The notes beneath the pieces are model-generated. The model did not search any database and was not told the origin of the DNA. It saw only the letters and a list, made by a program, of their open reading frames with translations. Shown piece after piece: positions 1 to 9,042 of a stretch of DNA of 64,000 nt (its first letter is position 1; each line of letters opens with the position of its first letter). Source of the DNA: Anaerohalosphaeraceae bacterium (lineage in GTDB: Bacteria > Planctomycetota > Phycisphaerae > Sedimentisphaerales > Anaerohalosphaeraceae); NCBI GenBank assembly GCA_963675525.2, contig CAXXSL010000019.1, positions 64,001 to 128,000 on the forward strand. Direction: 5' to 3'. Both the position numbers and the translations under genes were made by a program.

Positions 1-708
1 TACCGCATGTCGCCGGAGTTGCTGCCTGAAGGCATTACCGGCGATAAGGTTTTTCCATATTTTATCATGACACAGATTCCTGTCGGATTGACCGGGCTGA
101 TTGTGGCGGCGTTATTCTCGGCGGCTATGTCCAGTCTTGACTCGGACCTGAATTGCCTGGCGGCCGTCGGCGTATCTGATTTTTACCGGCGTTTTAAGCC
201 GAACAGCAGCGATAAACAGTGTTTGAATCTGGGAAAAATAATTGTTGTCGTTTGCGGGATAATTACCGTTGGCATTGCCTGTCTTTATGTGCGATTGGGA
301 GGCGAGGCGATTCTGGGAACACTATTCGGATTGTATGCCATTTTTTCAGGTGGAATCGCCGGCATCTTTTTGCTCGCGTTCTTTACCGTGCGTACAAATC
401 GGAAAGGACTTAATGTGGGCATCATTGCCTGTGTACTGTTTACGGCCTACGCGGTGCTGACCTCAACGAAATTTGATTTAGGCGGTTCTGAAAAACAGGT
501 AATTCTGAATTTGGGTAAGTTTAACTTTACCCATCATAAGTACATGCTTGGGGTTTACAGCCACCTGATCGTGTTCGTCATCGGCTACATCGCTAGTTTC
601 TTTTTCAAGCCGGATAAAGACATCAGAGAGATGACATTTTTTGGATGGCTTGAACAACGAAGAAATCCGGATATTGACCTTCCCGGAAAGAGTATCTCTG
701 AGACATAA
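1..708 (+). CDS. Sodium:solute symporter (SSS) family transporter, C-terminal part (gene starts before the window)
   Basis: Motifs DKVFPYFI..IPVGLTGLIVAALFSAAMSSLDSDLN and multiple hydrophobic helices typical of SSS C-halves. Confidence 0.9.
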   Translation, partial: YRMSPELLPEGITGDKVFPYFIMTQIPVGLTGLIVAALFSAAMSSLDSDLNCLAAVGVSDFYRRFKPNSSDKQCLNLGKIIVVVCGIITVGIACLYVRLGGEAILGTLFGLYAIFSGGIAGIFLLAFFTVRTNRKGLNVGIIACVLFTAYAVLTSTKFDLGGSEKQVILNLGKFNFTHHKYMLGVYSHLIVFVIGYIASFFFKPDKDIREMTFFGWLEQRRNPDIDLPGKSISET

Positions 709-788
709 ATTTATAGGAACCAGTCCAGGGAAGATAATTGACTATACGGAATCCAGGTAATCAGATAAATAGCTCGGGAGTATTTCTA

Positions 789-2447
789 ATGAAGAAGATG
801 TCTTTGTGTTTGATTATAGCAAGTTGGGGAGTCTGTGCTTTAGCGGCTCAATGTTCTGATGTGGGATTGTATCGTGTATTTGAAAGGCCCCTGTGTAATG
901 ATAAGGCTTATACAAATAAATTCGCCGATGTTGAGCTGACGGTCACCTACACCGCTCCGTCCGGCAAGACGGTGGATTTTTGGGGATTTTTTGACGGCGA
1001 CGGACAGGGCGGCGGCGACCTTGACACGGGGAACGTCTGGAAGCTGCGTTTCATGCCGAATGAATTAGGCACATGGAAATATCGTTGGTTCTGGAGTGAT
1101 GGAACCGAGGGGGGAACCGGGAGTTTTATGTGTGTTTCCGAAAACGCAGGCAAAGGAATGTTGCAGCCTTATAAGGAGAACCCTCGTTGGTTTGCCTACA
1201 ATGGCACGGAACCGGTCTGGATTAAATCCTATTACGAAACCGGTCACGGCTCGATCGCCCAGGACTTCGACTGGATCACCGCCAATGTGTATCAACCCCT
1301 GCTGGATCGCGGCTACAATCATCTTCAGGTGAACTGGCTGCTGTCGCTTTGCTGTTTTGGCCAATACTACAAAGACGGCCCCAAGCCCTCGACACAAGAC
1401 CTGACGCTGTACCAAGAGGGCCGCGCCTCGAGTACGATGCGTCTCGATGTCTGGCAGATGACCGAGCGACATCTCGGCTGGTTGAACGATCGTAACATAG
1501 GCGTCCACATGTTTCTCGGTTTTGAGGGTCGCAAAAATGACGGGCCAAAGTGGGAGGCGCTCAGTGAGGATGAGAAGGACTTCTACGTGCGTTACGTAGT
1601 AGCGCGCATTGCGCCCTATGCGAACCTGACCGGCTGGAATTTTGTCTGGGAGGATCCGGGCCATCGTGAAACACACGCACTCGGATGGGCACGATTGGTG
1701 GCTAAGTTCGACATCTTTCATCACCTCAGCACGTACGAGGATGAAATGCCGCGAGAGCACGAATACAACCGGCCGGAATATACCTTTGCCGCAATCGAAA
1801 ATCATCGCATTCCCTCCCCCGACCGGGAACTCGATAAGATCTACTGGAAGACGCCCTGGACCCATCACATGGCCTGCCTGCTGGGATACGTGCCCGGCAA
1901 GCCGGTTTACATGTCCGAGGGCAACGCGCTTTGGCGACGCTACTGGCATGAAAAATGCGGCGCCACCCAGGACGATTTGCGACAAGCCGCATGGGCCTGT
2001 GTCACCGCAGGTGCCTCATTTTGCTGGAACGGCCATGCCCGGGAATACGACCTCTACGTGCGCGGTCCGGAGGGAATGCCTTTCCACGGCGATGACAATC
2101 CTTACACGGTATCTGCAAAATATATTGACATCCTGGCCGAGGTAATGAACAACGAAATTGTATTCCAACGGATGATTCCTCAGGATTCTGTCCTGACCGA
2201 TCATGATCCATTGCGTGTCTGGTGTCTGGCTGAGACCGGACGACAGTATCTGGTCTTTGCCGGCCATGGCGAACCGTTTGCCATCAAACCGGCCGAGGGA
2301 AAATACGCGAATAATGTTTGGGTCGACACCAAAACCGGCAAGCAAACCAAACTCGACCCTGTTTCTGCGACAGGCGAGCCGGTACGTTTTGTTCCACCTA
2401 CTCGCGATACAGACTGGGTTCTCCTTTTACGCTGTAAACCAAATTAG
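789..2447 (+). CDS. Secreted DUF5060/DUF4038-like putative glycoside hydrolase (apiosidase-like fold)
   Basis: Signal peptide MKKMSLCLII..; DUF5060-like APSGKTVDFWGFFDG..WKLRFMPNELGTWKY; 'YVRYVVARIAPYAN..W' TIM-barrel segment; C-terminal 'PPT..DWVLLL'. Start placed at ATG 789. Confidence 0.7.
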   Translation: MKKMSLCLIIASWGVCALAAQCSDVGLYRVFERPLCNDKAYTNKFADVELTVTYTAPSGKTVDFWGFFDGDGQGGGDLDTGNVWKLRFMPNELGTWKYRWFWSDGTEGGTGSFMCVSENAGKGMLQPYKENPRWFAYNGTEPVWIKSYYETGHGSIAQDFDWITANVYQPLLDRGYNHLQVNWLLSLCCFGQYYKDGPKPSTQDLTLYQEGRASSTMRLDVWQMTERHLGWLNDRNIGVHMFLGFEGRKNDGPKWEALSEDEKDFYVRYVVARIAPYANLTGWNFVWEDPGHRETHALGWARLVAKFDIFHHLSTYEDEMPREHEYNRPEYTFAAIENHRIPSPDRELDKIYWKTPWTHHMACLLGYVPGKPVYMSEGNALWRRYWHEKCGATQDDLRQAAWACVTAGASFCWNGHAREYDLYVRGPEGMPFHGDDNPYTVSAKYIDILAEVMNNEIVFQRMIPQDSVLTDHDPLRVWCLAETGRQYLVFAGHGEPFAIKPAEGKYANNVWVDTKTGKQTKLDPVSATGEPVRFVPPTRDTDWVLLLRCKPN

Positions 2448-2481
2448 GGTCTATAAGTGTTCTGTTTGCAGGTTTTTAAGC

Positions 2482-3444
2482 CTATGGCGATACCGTTTTC
2501 ATCTCCGGCAGCATAAAAGGTTTTAGCACCTCTTCTGCCGTATATTGGTCAACTTCTTTGTCTGATAAGACCGTTGCCCATGAGACGCGATTGGCGGTGT
2601 CTGCACCGGGTCCGGTGTTTGCCCCTTCTGCATAAAAAACCGTACGCTCTTTTTCCGGCGAGCCCCAGTTATTCCATCCTTCCGGGCGAATATGACGGGC
2701 CATGTCACATTTAACAAAAACAGTCTTCGCGTAGTTACGCCACGGCCGGCCGAGATAGACCTGATTCACATTGTCGGCCGCAGTCAGTTTACATCCAAGA
2801 AAAACGAATCCATACAATCGTCCCTCCGGCGTACTCGCTGCCGTAATATACGAATTGGATTTGCTGTGAATTGTGCAGTTTTCGAAAAGCGCCGTTGCCC
2901 CGCCAAAAATGAAATCCGTTGTTCCCTCAATGTAGCAGTTTTGATAATATTGCCGGCAGTTCGCTCCATCGGCATACAGGGTATCCTGGTTACCCAGTAT
3001 CCGGCAGTTTTTAAATACGCAGCGGTCGGCCTCCACGGACAGGGCTATCGCCTGTCCAACCGGGCCGGCTGTGTTTTCGATAATTAAATTTTCCCCCCTG
3101 AAATCATCCCCCTGAACAAGCAGGGTGGCGGTGTGGAAGGTGCTGTTTCGCCCGCGATTTATCTTGCTGAAATGATCATCCCAGCGAATGAAGACACCGC
3201 CGGCGGTCTGCCCCTGCAATGTCAGCCGGTTGTTCCATGTGTGGATTTTTATTTTTTCCTTGTATATGCCATCTTTGATATAAATAATAATCCGCTCATC
3301 CGGAAATGATTTCGTGCCGTCAATTGCGTCCTGTATCGTTTTGAAATCCCCCGTGCCGTCCGGCGCCACGGAGATTTCGGTTTTGTACTGCCCATATGCG
3401 ACAGTACAAAACAACAGAAGGAATAAATTTATTGTTAGCCTCAT
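2482..3444 (-). CDS. Pectin methylesterase (CE8), secreted
   Basis: VAPDGTGDFKTIQDAI, QAIAL, GNQDTLY, IEGTTDFIFG and YLGRPW CE8 motifs; signal peptide. Confidence 0.95.
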   Translation of the reverse strand: MRLTINLFLLLFCTVAYGQYKTEISVAPDGTGDFKTIQDAIDGTKSFPDERIIIYIKDGIYKEKIKIHTWNNRLTLQGQTAGGVFIRWDDHFSKINRGRNSTFHTATLLVQGDDFRGENLIIENTAGPVGQAIALSVEADRCVFKNCRILGNQDTLYADGANCRQYYQNCYIEGTTDFIFGGATALFENCTIHSKSNSYITAASTPEGRLYGFVFLGCKLTAADNVNQVYLGRPWRNYAKTVFVKCDMARHIRPEGWNNWGSPEKERTVFYAEGANTGPGADTANRVSWATVLSDKEVDQYTAEEVLKPFMLPEMKTVSP

Positions 3445-3457
3445 TTAGTTTTCTCCA

Positions 3458-4534
3458 TTAAAACTTAATTGCATGTTTCAATTCTTCGACAGTTTTGAAA
3501 ATAACACGTATCTTTTCGTCTGATACTTTTTCATCCATATTGATGCAGCAGATACCCGTTAGATAAGGATCTTTTGAATGGCCAACCAGTTCAATGATCG
3601 TCTTTCGTATTTGATCCGGGTCTTGGTCTATTATGTCAACAGGACTCAATCGCAGATTAAAAAAAGTGTCCGGTAAATACTTTCGAAGCTGTTTAACATC
3701 GCCTCCGGAACCTACATCGAGAAAATCCAGACGAGGAATTTTAGCGAATGTTTTCGCATATCTATGAGGATCATGGCCGCAATAATGAATACCAAACGGG
3801 CGATTCATATGACTCCACTTGCAATCTATGTCAAACAGGAATTTTTCATAATCGTCAACGGAGATCATCGTGTGACTGCACTCAGAGTGCAGAAATACCG
3901 GCCTGTCGAAATGCTTCACTGTACGGTTAACCGAAATACTGCTGGTGCCTGTTTCAGATTGAATTTGGCTGGTAAATCTTTGTAAGACAGAAGCTATTTT
4001 ATTAAAAAACTCCTTCACCTGTTCGGGCTTGTCAAACATATCCATGAAAAGATTCTGGCCTCTCAAATCGAGCGCTATGTTCAATATGCCACCCCAGTTA
4101 ATATCTCCTACGATGCCGCCATACGTTGTTTTCAGTGATTCAGCTAAATTGACGATTTTTTTATAAGCCGGACTGTTAAAAACCGCATCGATATCAAGCG
4201 CCGTAATATCATCCATTTCCAATGGGATAACCTGGGGCGGAGCATCTTCTTTGTACTCTACTTTACAGCCCAGCATCTCGGATAAAAGAAATCCGGCAGC
4301 GAGATGAACAGCACCGATTTGAGGCAGATTCTTATCCCTGTCAGAGCCCTGGCCGTATTGACCAAACCGCTCATAAAGTACCCGCTCCATCTTTCGCTCG
4401 ACTTCTACACGCTTCAATGGGTTATAGAAAAAATTGTGGTCGAATGTGATGTTCTCATTCGTATACCACCACTGGGGAGCCAAAACGATCTCTACAGGCA
4501 ATAGAACACGCTCATTTTTTTTGTCAAATTTCAT
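3458..4534 (-). CDS. UroD/MtaA-CmuA-like methyltransferase-fold protein (cytoplasmic)
   Basis: ALDLRGQNLFMDMFDKPE, SECSHTMIS..YEKF, and IHYCG (HxC putative Zn ligands). Start placed at MKFDKK. Confidence 0.75.
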   Translation of the reverse strand: MKFDKKNERVLLPVEIVLAPQWWYTNENITFDHNFFYNPLKRVEVERKMERVLYERFGQYGQGSDRDKNLPQIGAVHLAAGFLLSEMLGCKVEYKEDAPPQVIPLEMDDITALDIDAVFNSPAYKKIVNLAESLKTTYGGIVGDINWGGILNIALDLRGQNLFMDMFDKPEQVKEFFNKIASVLQRFTSQIQSETGTSSISVNRTVKHFDRPVFLHSECSHTMISVDDYEKFLFDIDCKWSHMNRPFGIHYCGHDPHRYAKTFAKIPRLDFLDVGSGGDVKQLRKYLPDTFFNLRLSPVDIIDQDPDQIRKTIIELVGHSKDPYLTGICCINMDEKVSDEKIRVIFKTVEELKHAIKF

Positions 4535-4535
4535 C

Positions 4536-7500
4536 TCACATGCGTCCCGGCGAGATCCCTGCATCGCGTGATGTTACTTTCATATCAGCGGGGATTACTC
4601 CCAAAATCAGGTAGCTGCCCGGGCTGCGGGGATCGAAGGTAATTTCGCCGGCAGGGAAGCTGAAGACGTGAAGATTAACCCGCGGGTTCTCTTCAATTTG
4701 CAGCACATTTTGCATAATGCTTTCGACCCCGCCATATTTGGCGGCCTGGCTGTCGATGTCAAGATTGGGCGGCTTGGCCCAGAAGGCACGGTTTTCATTA
4801 AAGTAGCCAATGAGGATTTGCACCGGTACTTCGGTCTTGATGCGTATGGGTTTGAGCATCCCGGCTTTGCCCGCATTGTGCGACAGGCGAATACCGGTCA
4901 GGCCTTTCAGTTCCTCGGCCATCTGCAGGATGTGATAACCGCGGTCCATAAAGGGCTTGGCCCCGATATTAACGTCATAGGTTTCACAGTCTGTGCTAAG
5001 AAGTTCGAATGGCACGCCTTTGAGCTGCGGGCCGGGTTGGCTGCGTTGTGATTCGTCGTCTCCGAGCTGAGTCAGGCGGACTTTAAAGTCTTCCAGTTCC
5101 TTTTCATACAGCGGCAGCATCTGCTCCCAGTGATAATAATAAGGAACGTTATTCTTCATGCCTCGAGTTGGAATCCGGCGGTGACCGGTTTGCAGCGTGT
5201 TGGCATAACGATAGGTCTTGCTGGTACGCTCGGTCAGCTCGCGATAATACTCCAGGCTTTTGGCCAGATGTTCTTCCGCTTTGTACATACTTTCCGGTTT
5301 ACGACTGTAGCTGTAATCCAGCACCAGGATGGCAGCCCGCACTTTTTCAGCATAGCACTTACTCATCAGGTCAATGCAATGCATATCATTGCGGAGCCGA
5401 TTAAACTCGTCTTGATTGCATGTCACCAGCCCGGTAGCCTGCTCGATTGCCTGCACCGCCAGTCCGCTCCGGCTGATCGCTTCTTCGATGACGGTGACAG
5501 GAGTTTCACCGCTATGCGATTCGCCGACCCATTCTTTTTTCGCGTACTCTTCCAGCCGTTCACCGGGAGGGGCCTGCCATTCCCACAGGCCGCTGAAGGG
5601 CCCGTATGGTCCGGGATTGACCAGTTGATCCAGGAACATGCCCAGGGAGAGGGTTTGGCGATTGCCTTCGGTGATACCCAGACGCCGCAGCAGCATAGGA
5701 GCACAGTACCCGGATTCATTGTAGGCCTTGAGAATCAGTTCTGCGGCCTGAGCGTTGCCGTACATGTCGGTCAAACGCCGAATCCAATATTGATGATCCT
5801 GACCCAGGTCTCGATCAGGCTGCCACAGGTAGCGGGCCCAGGCCTCAAACCAGATCCAGTCGCGTTTGTACTGTTTAAGATAAGGATTGACCTTGTCCGG
5901 CGCATTAGGCCAATCCCAGTAAGCCAGAGGATAGAGGTGCACACCCTGGGCACCCAGGCGGTCGCGACAGGCCAGCACACAGCGGCGAATATAATCCTGG
6001 GCGCCATAGCGAAAGGGCTCCAGGTTGGAAAGTAAGTGTACATTGGCCACATGGGTGGAGCCTAAACGGCTCATGTCCAGGTGCACCTGCTGCCATTCGC
6101 CCCGCGGCTCATAGGAGGTCAGGGATTCACCGTTGTACTTCGCCATGGTGTAAAGATTCGTGTAGTGCTTTAAAGCGGATTCCACCATCTGTTTGACATT
6201 GCCAACCGCATGGGCACGTACGACGATGGGAGGCTCCTCGGTCTTTCCCAACGTGGCCATCGCCTGCTTAACGGCCGCGATAACCGTGTCATTCATCCAG
6301 GCTTCCTGATTTTCCTGCCCCCGCAGGGCCTCACCGAGACAGACCAGCAATCCCACGTTGGGGTACATTTCCATAAACTTGGTGATCGACTTACGGTTAT
6401 AATCGGCAATCAGTTCAGTGGGGGCTGCGTGCTGAGTTTCAATGTTGTGGTGTTCGGCAAAGGGCTTGGATACAAAGATGTTGTAGAACATCTGGATGAC
6501 CCAGATACCGCGTTTGTCCGCTTCTTCCGTCAACAGGCGATACATCTCCACATTGCGCTGATAGACCTCTTCCGAGACCTCCAGGGCGTAAGGATAGTCC
6601 TCCAACTTGACCAGCGAGGCAAAGGGGTGACCGTTCCACAGGTAAAGGGTGTTCATGCGATTGTCAACCAGGAAGTCCAGGAGCTCGATCCACTGGTCCT
6701 TGTCATAGAAGAAGGGGAAGTTTTCCGGTGTATACGGGTACTCATAGGTGTCGCGACCCGGTAAAATTGATGTAAGCTGCATGCCAATGCAGGGACCTCG
6801 CAGACGGAAGTCAGGCACTTCGGTAACATCTAATGCCTTGGGCCATTGGCGGCTTTCTGTTACCAGATCGATGAGTGCCAAAGCCCCATAGAGCGTGCCG
6901 GAATCGCCGTAGCCTTTGACGTGATAGGCACCCTCGGCATCTCGATAGAGGTGGAATCCCTCAGGTGTACGGCTACCTTCTACCCTGTCCAGCTTGTCGC
7001 TACTGAGAATAATGCGGGCTGTACCAAAATCACTGAGATGTTCCCGCAGTCGTTGAGAAGCGTACCTCAGCCGGGGTGTGGCTTCGCCCTCGATCTCAAT
7101 GGCCAAGGCAGCGGGGGCTTGCAGGCGTTTAAATGAGGTCTCGATATCTTCCTGGCTTTTACAGACATGCGCTGGAAAGGGATTGCTCTCATTAAAGACT
7201 TGTAGGGAGGTTATGTTTTCCACAACAACCGGGGTTTCATCGATCTGTCCGTTTGCGTTTTGGATGGGTTTGAGATCCAGGCCGAAGTGCCTTGCCATAA
7301 AGCGGTACATCGCTTTGCGCTTGTTGGGGCCGTAGTCGTGTCCTTCGGCGGCGAAGTGGGCATTGGCCACTTGGGATTGGGCATCATAAAGGCTGTAAAT
7401 CTTTTTGATGAAGGGATACTCCACGTCGGGGGTGTTGGCTGTCCAGTCACCGCCATCGGAGACCAATAACAAAGGACGCGGTGCGGCCATGGCCGTAATT

Positions 7501-8303
7501 TCCACGTTATTGGTGAAGTGATCGGCACTGCGATGGATAGGTTTGCCGCTTTCGCACAGGCAGCCGCCGTACATATAGGATGAGACCATGGCTACCGGCA
7601 CACTGACCGTGATACGGTCATCCAACGCGGTTAGCAGCAGGGTTTGGGTTCCCCCGCCGGAGGCGCCTGTGACGCCCACGCGTTGAGGGTCGGCATCTTC
7701 CAGAGACAGCAGATAGTCCAGGGCCCGCATGTTGTTCCAGGTCTGCATGGTCAGGGCCAAACTGCGGACGTGGATGCGCGGTACCGCCTGATCCGGGTCC
7801 GAGCCCCAACCGAAATTGCCGATGGACAGCGCGATCGCTCCCATCCGTGCCAGCATGGCACAGCGGATCTGGACCTGCTCATTGAAGCGGCTGTCACCCC
7901 AATGACCATTGGGACAGAGTACTACCGGCACAGGACCATCAAGTTCCGAGGGGCAATAGAGATTGCATCCCGCAAAGTAGCCGGGGATGGTTTCAATGGC
8001 GATATTCTCAACGGTGTATCCGTTGTGCTGACGTTTATTGCGGGATATGACATTCAGCGGCGTCCGACGCGGTAGAGGATTCAGATCCATGCCCTTGAGG
8101 ATACAGTCACGCAGGTGTTGACTGTAGTCTTCCCAGTCTGCACGGTTGTGTGTTTGGGTTAGCCGCTCTGTGAGCATGGACTTACCTTGTTCCGGCGTGA
8201 GATACTTACCCTGACATAAATAGGGACTCAGTTCTTCAACTGCCATCACCGTTGTGGCGCTCATGGCAAGACAAAGCAGTGTAATATATTTAAGTTGTTT
8301 CAT
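4536..8303 (-). CDS. Secreted fusion: alpha/beta-hydrolase carbohydrate esterase (N-terminal) plus GH138-like alpha-D-galacturonidase (C-terminal)
   Basis: N-terminal VTGASGGGTQT nucleophile elbow, GGCLCE, HDYG. C-terminal LRGPCIG..YEYPYTPENFPFFYDK..NRMNTLYLWNGHPFASLVKLEDYPYALEV..GITEGNRQTL, matching my recollection of BT0997 (GH138). Confidence 0.8.
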   Translation of the reverse strand: MKQLKYITLLCLAMSATTVMAVEELSPYLCQGKYLTPEQGKSMLTERLTQTHNRADWEDYSQHLRDCILKGMDLNPLPRRTPLNVISRNKRQHNGYTVENIAIETIPGYFAGCNLYCPSELDGPVPVVLCPNGHWGDSRFNEQVQIRCAMLARMGAIALSIGNFGWGSDPDQAVPRIHVRSLALTMQTWNNMRALDYLLSLEDADPQRVGVTGASGGGTQTLLLTALDDRITVSVPVAMVSSYMYGGCLCESGKPIHRSADHFTNNVEITAMAAPRPLLLVSDGGDWTANTPDVEYPFIKKIYSLYDAQSQVANAHFAAEGHDYGPNKRKAMYRFMARHFGLDLKPIQNANGQIDETPVVVENITSLQVFNESNPFPAHVCKSQEDIETSFKRLQAPAALAIEIEGEATPRLRYASQRLREHLSDFGTARIILSSDKLDRVEGSRTPEGFHLYRDAEGAYHVKGYGDSGTLYGALALIDLVTESRQWPKALDVTEVPDFRLRGPCIGMQLTSILPGRDTYEYPYTPENFPFFYDKDQWIELLDFLVDNRMNTLYLWNGHPFASLVKLEDYPYALEVSEEVYQRNVEMYRLLTEEADKRGIWVIQMFYNIFVSKPFAEHHNIETQHAAPTELIADYNRKSITKFMEMYPNVGLLVCLGEALRGQENQEAWMNDTVIAAVKQAMATLGKTEEPPIVVRAHAVGNVKQMVESALKHYTNLYTMAKYNGESLTSYEPRGEWQQVHLDMSRLGSTHVANVHLLSNLEPFRYGAQDYIRRCVLACRDRLGAQGVHLYPLAYWDWPNAPDKVNPYLKQYKRDWIWFEAWARYLWQPDRDLGQDHQYWIRRLTDMYGNAQAAELILKAYNESGYCAPMLLRRLGITEGNRQTLSLGMFLDQLVNPGPYGPFSGLWEWQAPPGERLEEYAKKEWVGESHSGETPVTVIEEAISRSGLAVQAIEQATGLVTCNQDEFNRLRNDMHCIDLMSKCYAEKVRAAILVLDYSYSRKPESMYKAEEHLAKSLEYYRELTERTSKTYRYANTLQTGHRRIPTRGMKNNVPYYYHWEQMLPLYEKELEDFKVRLTQLGDDESQRSQPGPQLKGVPFELLSTDCETYDVNIGAKPFMDRGYHILQMAEELKGLTGIRLSHNAGKAGMLKPIRIKTEVPVQILIGYFNENRAFWAKPPNLDIDSQAAKYGGVESIMQNVLQIEENPRVNLHVFSFPAGEITFDPRSPGSYLILGVIPADMKVTSRDAGISPGRM

Positions 8304-8329
8304 GTAAAGACGTCCTCAAATGATGAATA

Positions 8330-8590
8330 TTTCCAGTTTTCGGCGAATTCGACCGTGGTAAAGTCGCCCAGTGAACTGTGCGGTCGATGACCGTTGTAAT
8401 CGACTCGCCACTGCTCATTTTATCACGGGCATCGACCAGTGACAAGAACCAGTTTTCATTTAAGCACTCGGCTCTGAATTTGCTATTGAATGACTCAATA
8501 AACGTATTATCCGTTGGTTTTCCCGTCCGGAAGAGGTCCAGTTTGACCTTGTTCAGGCAGGACCATAGGTCCATGTACCGCGACGTATGA
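8330..8590 (-). mobile_element. IS3-family (IS407-group-like) transposase OrfB C-terminal remnant
   Basis: KLDLFRTGKPTDNTFIESFNSKFRAECLNENWFLSLVDAR, continuing after a frameshift as YNGHRPHSSLG; no N-terminal part. Confidence 0.85.
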
Positions 8591-8937
8591 CTTTCCCCCC
8601 GAAAACAGTTTCTATCACATTCGGGTGCCTCTGCGAGAGGTGGCCGTGGAGGGATTATTTATGAAGAAACCAACCGGCACAACTATAATTCTAAGGATTT
8701 GATATGTTTTATCTGAAACACAGGTAGAATTTTCATTTTTATACGAAATAATGGACTATTGTTTTGAATTATTAATAGTGTGGCTATGATTACTCACAGA
8801 TCAGAGAACGGGCGGATTTTTGAGCCATAAGAGAACTCTTGGTGGCTATACATCAATTTATTCATTGAACACTCACAGCATCGGATGTATAACTAAAAGA
8901 TGCAATAATAATGAAAGTTGAATCGTTCCATTGATAA

Positions 8938-8962
8938 AAGGTCTGCATGTAAGGCAGACCTT
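8938..8962. promoter_or_regulatory. Perfect 9-bp hairpin (terminator/attenuator-like) upstream of the first PL1 gene
   Basis: AAGGTCTGC-atgtaag-GCAGACCTT. Confidence 0.45.
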
Positions 8963-9042
8963 CTGAATTATGTCAGTTAAATATCTAGTTTGTGTGATAG
9001 TACAAGCTTGAAACAAAGTGAATTCTAAATTAGGAGTCAATT

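Noticed and set aside
1065..1985. 306-aa antisense ORF (likewise 5130-6035, 9621-10457, 14937-15674, 28246-28977, 33276-34046, 40326-41267)
   Set aside because: Shadow ORFs opposite well-supported genes, with no recognisable motifs
3458..4534. Heme-pathway uroporphyrinogen decarboxylase (hemE)
   Set aside because: Lacks the N-terminal MRQAGR motif and has no tetrapyrrole gene context; the same applies to the other two UroD-like genes
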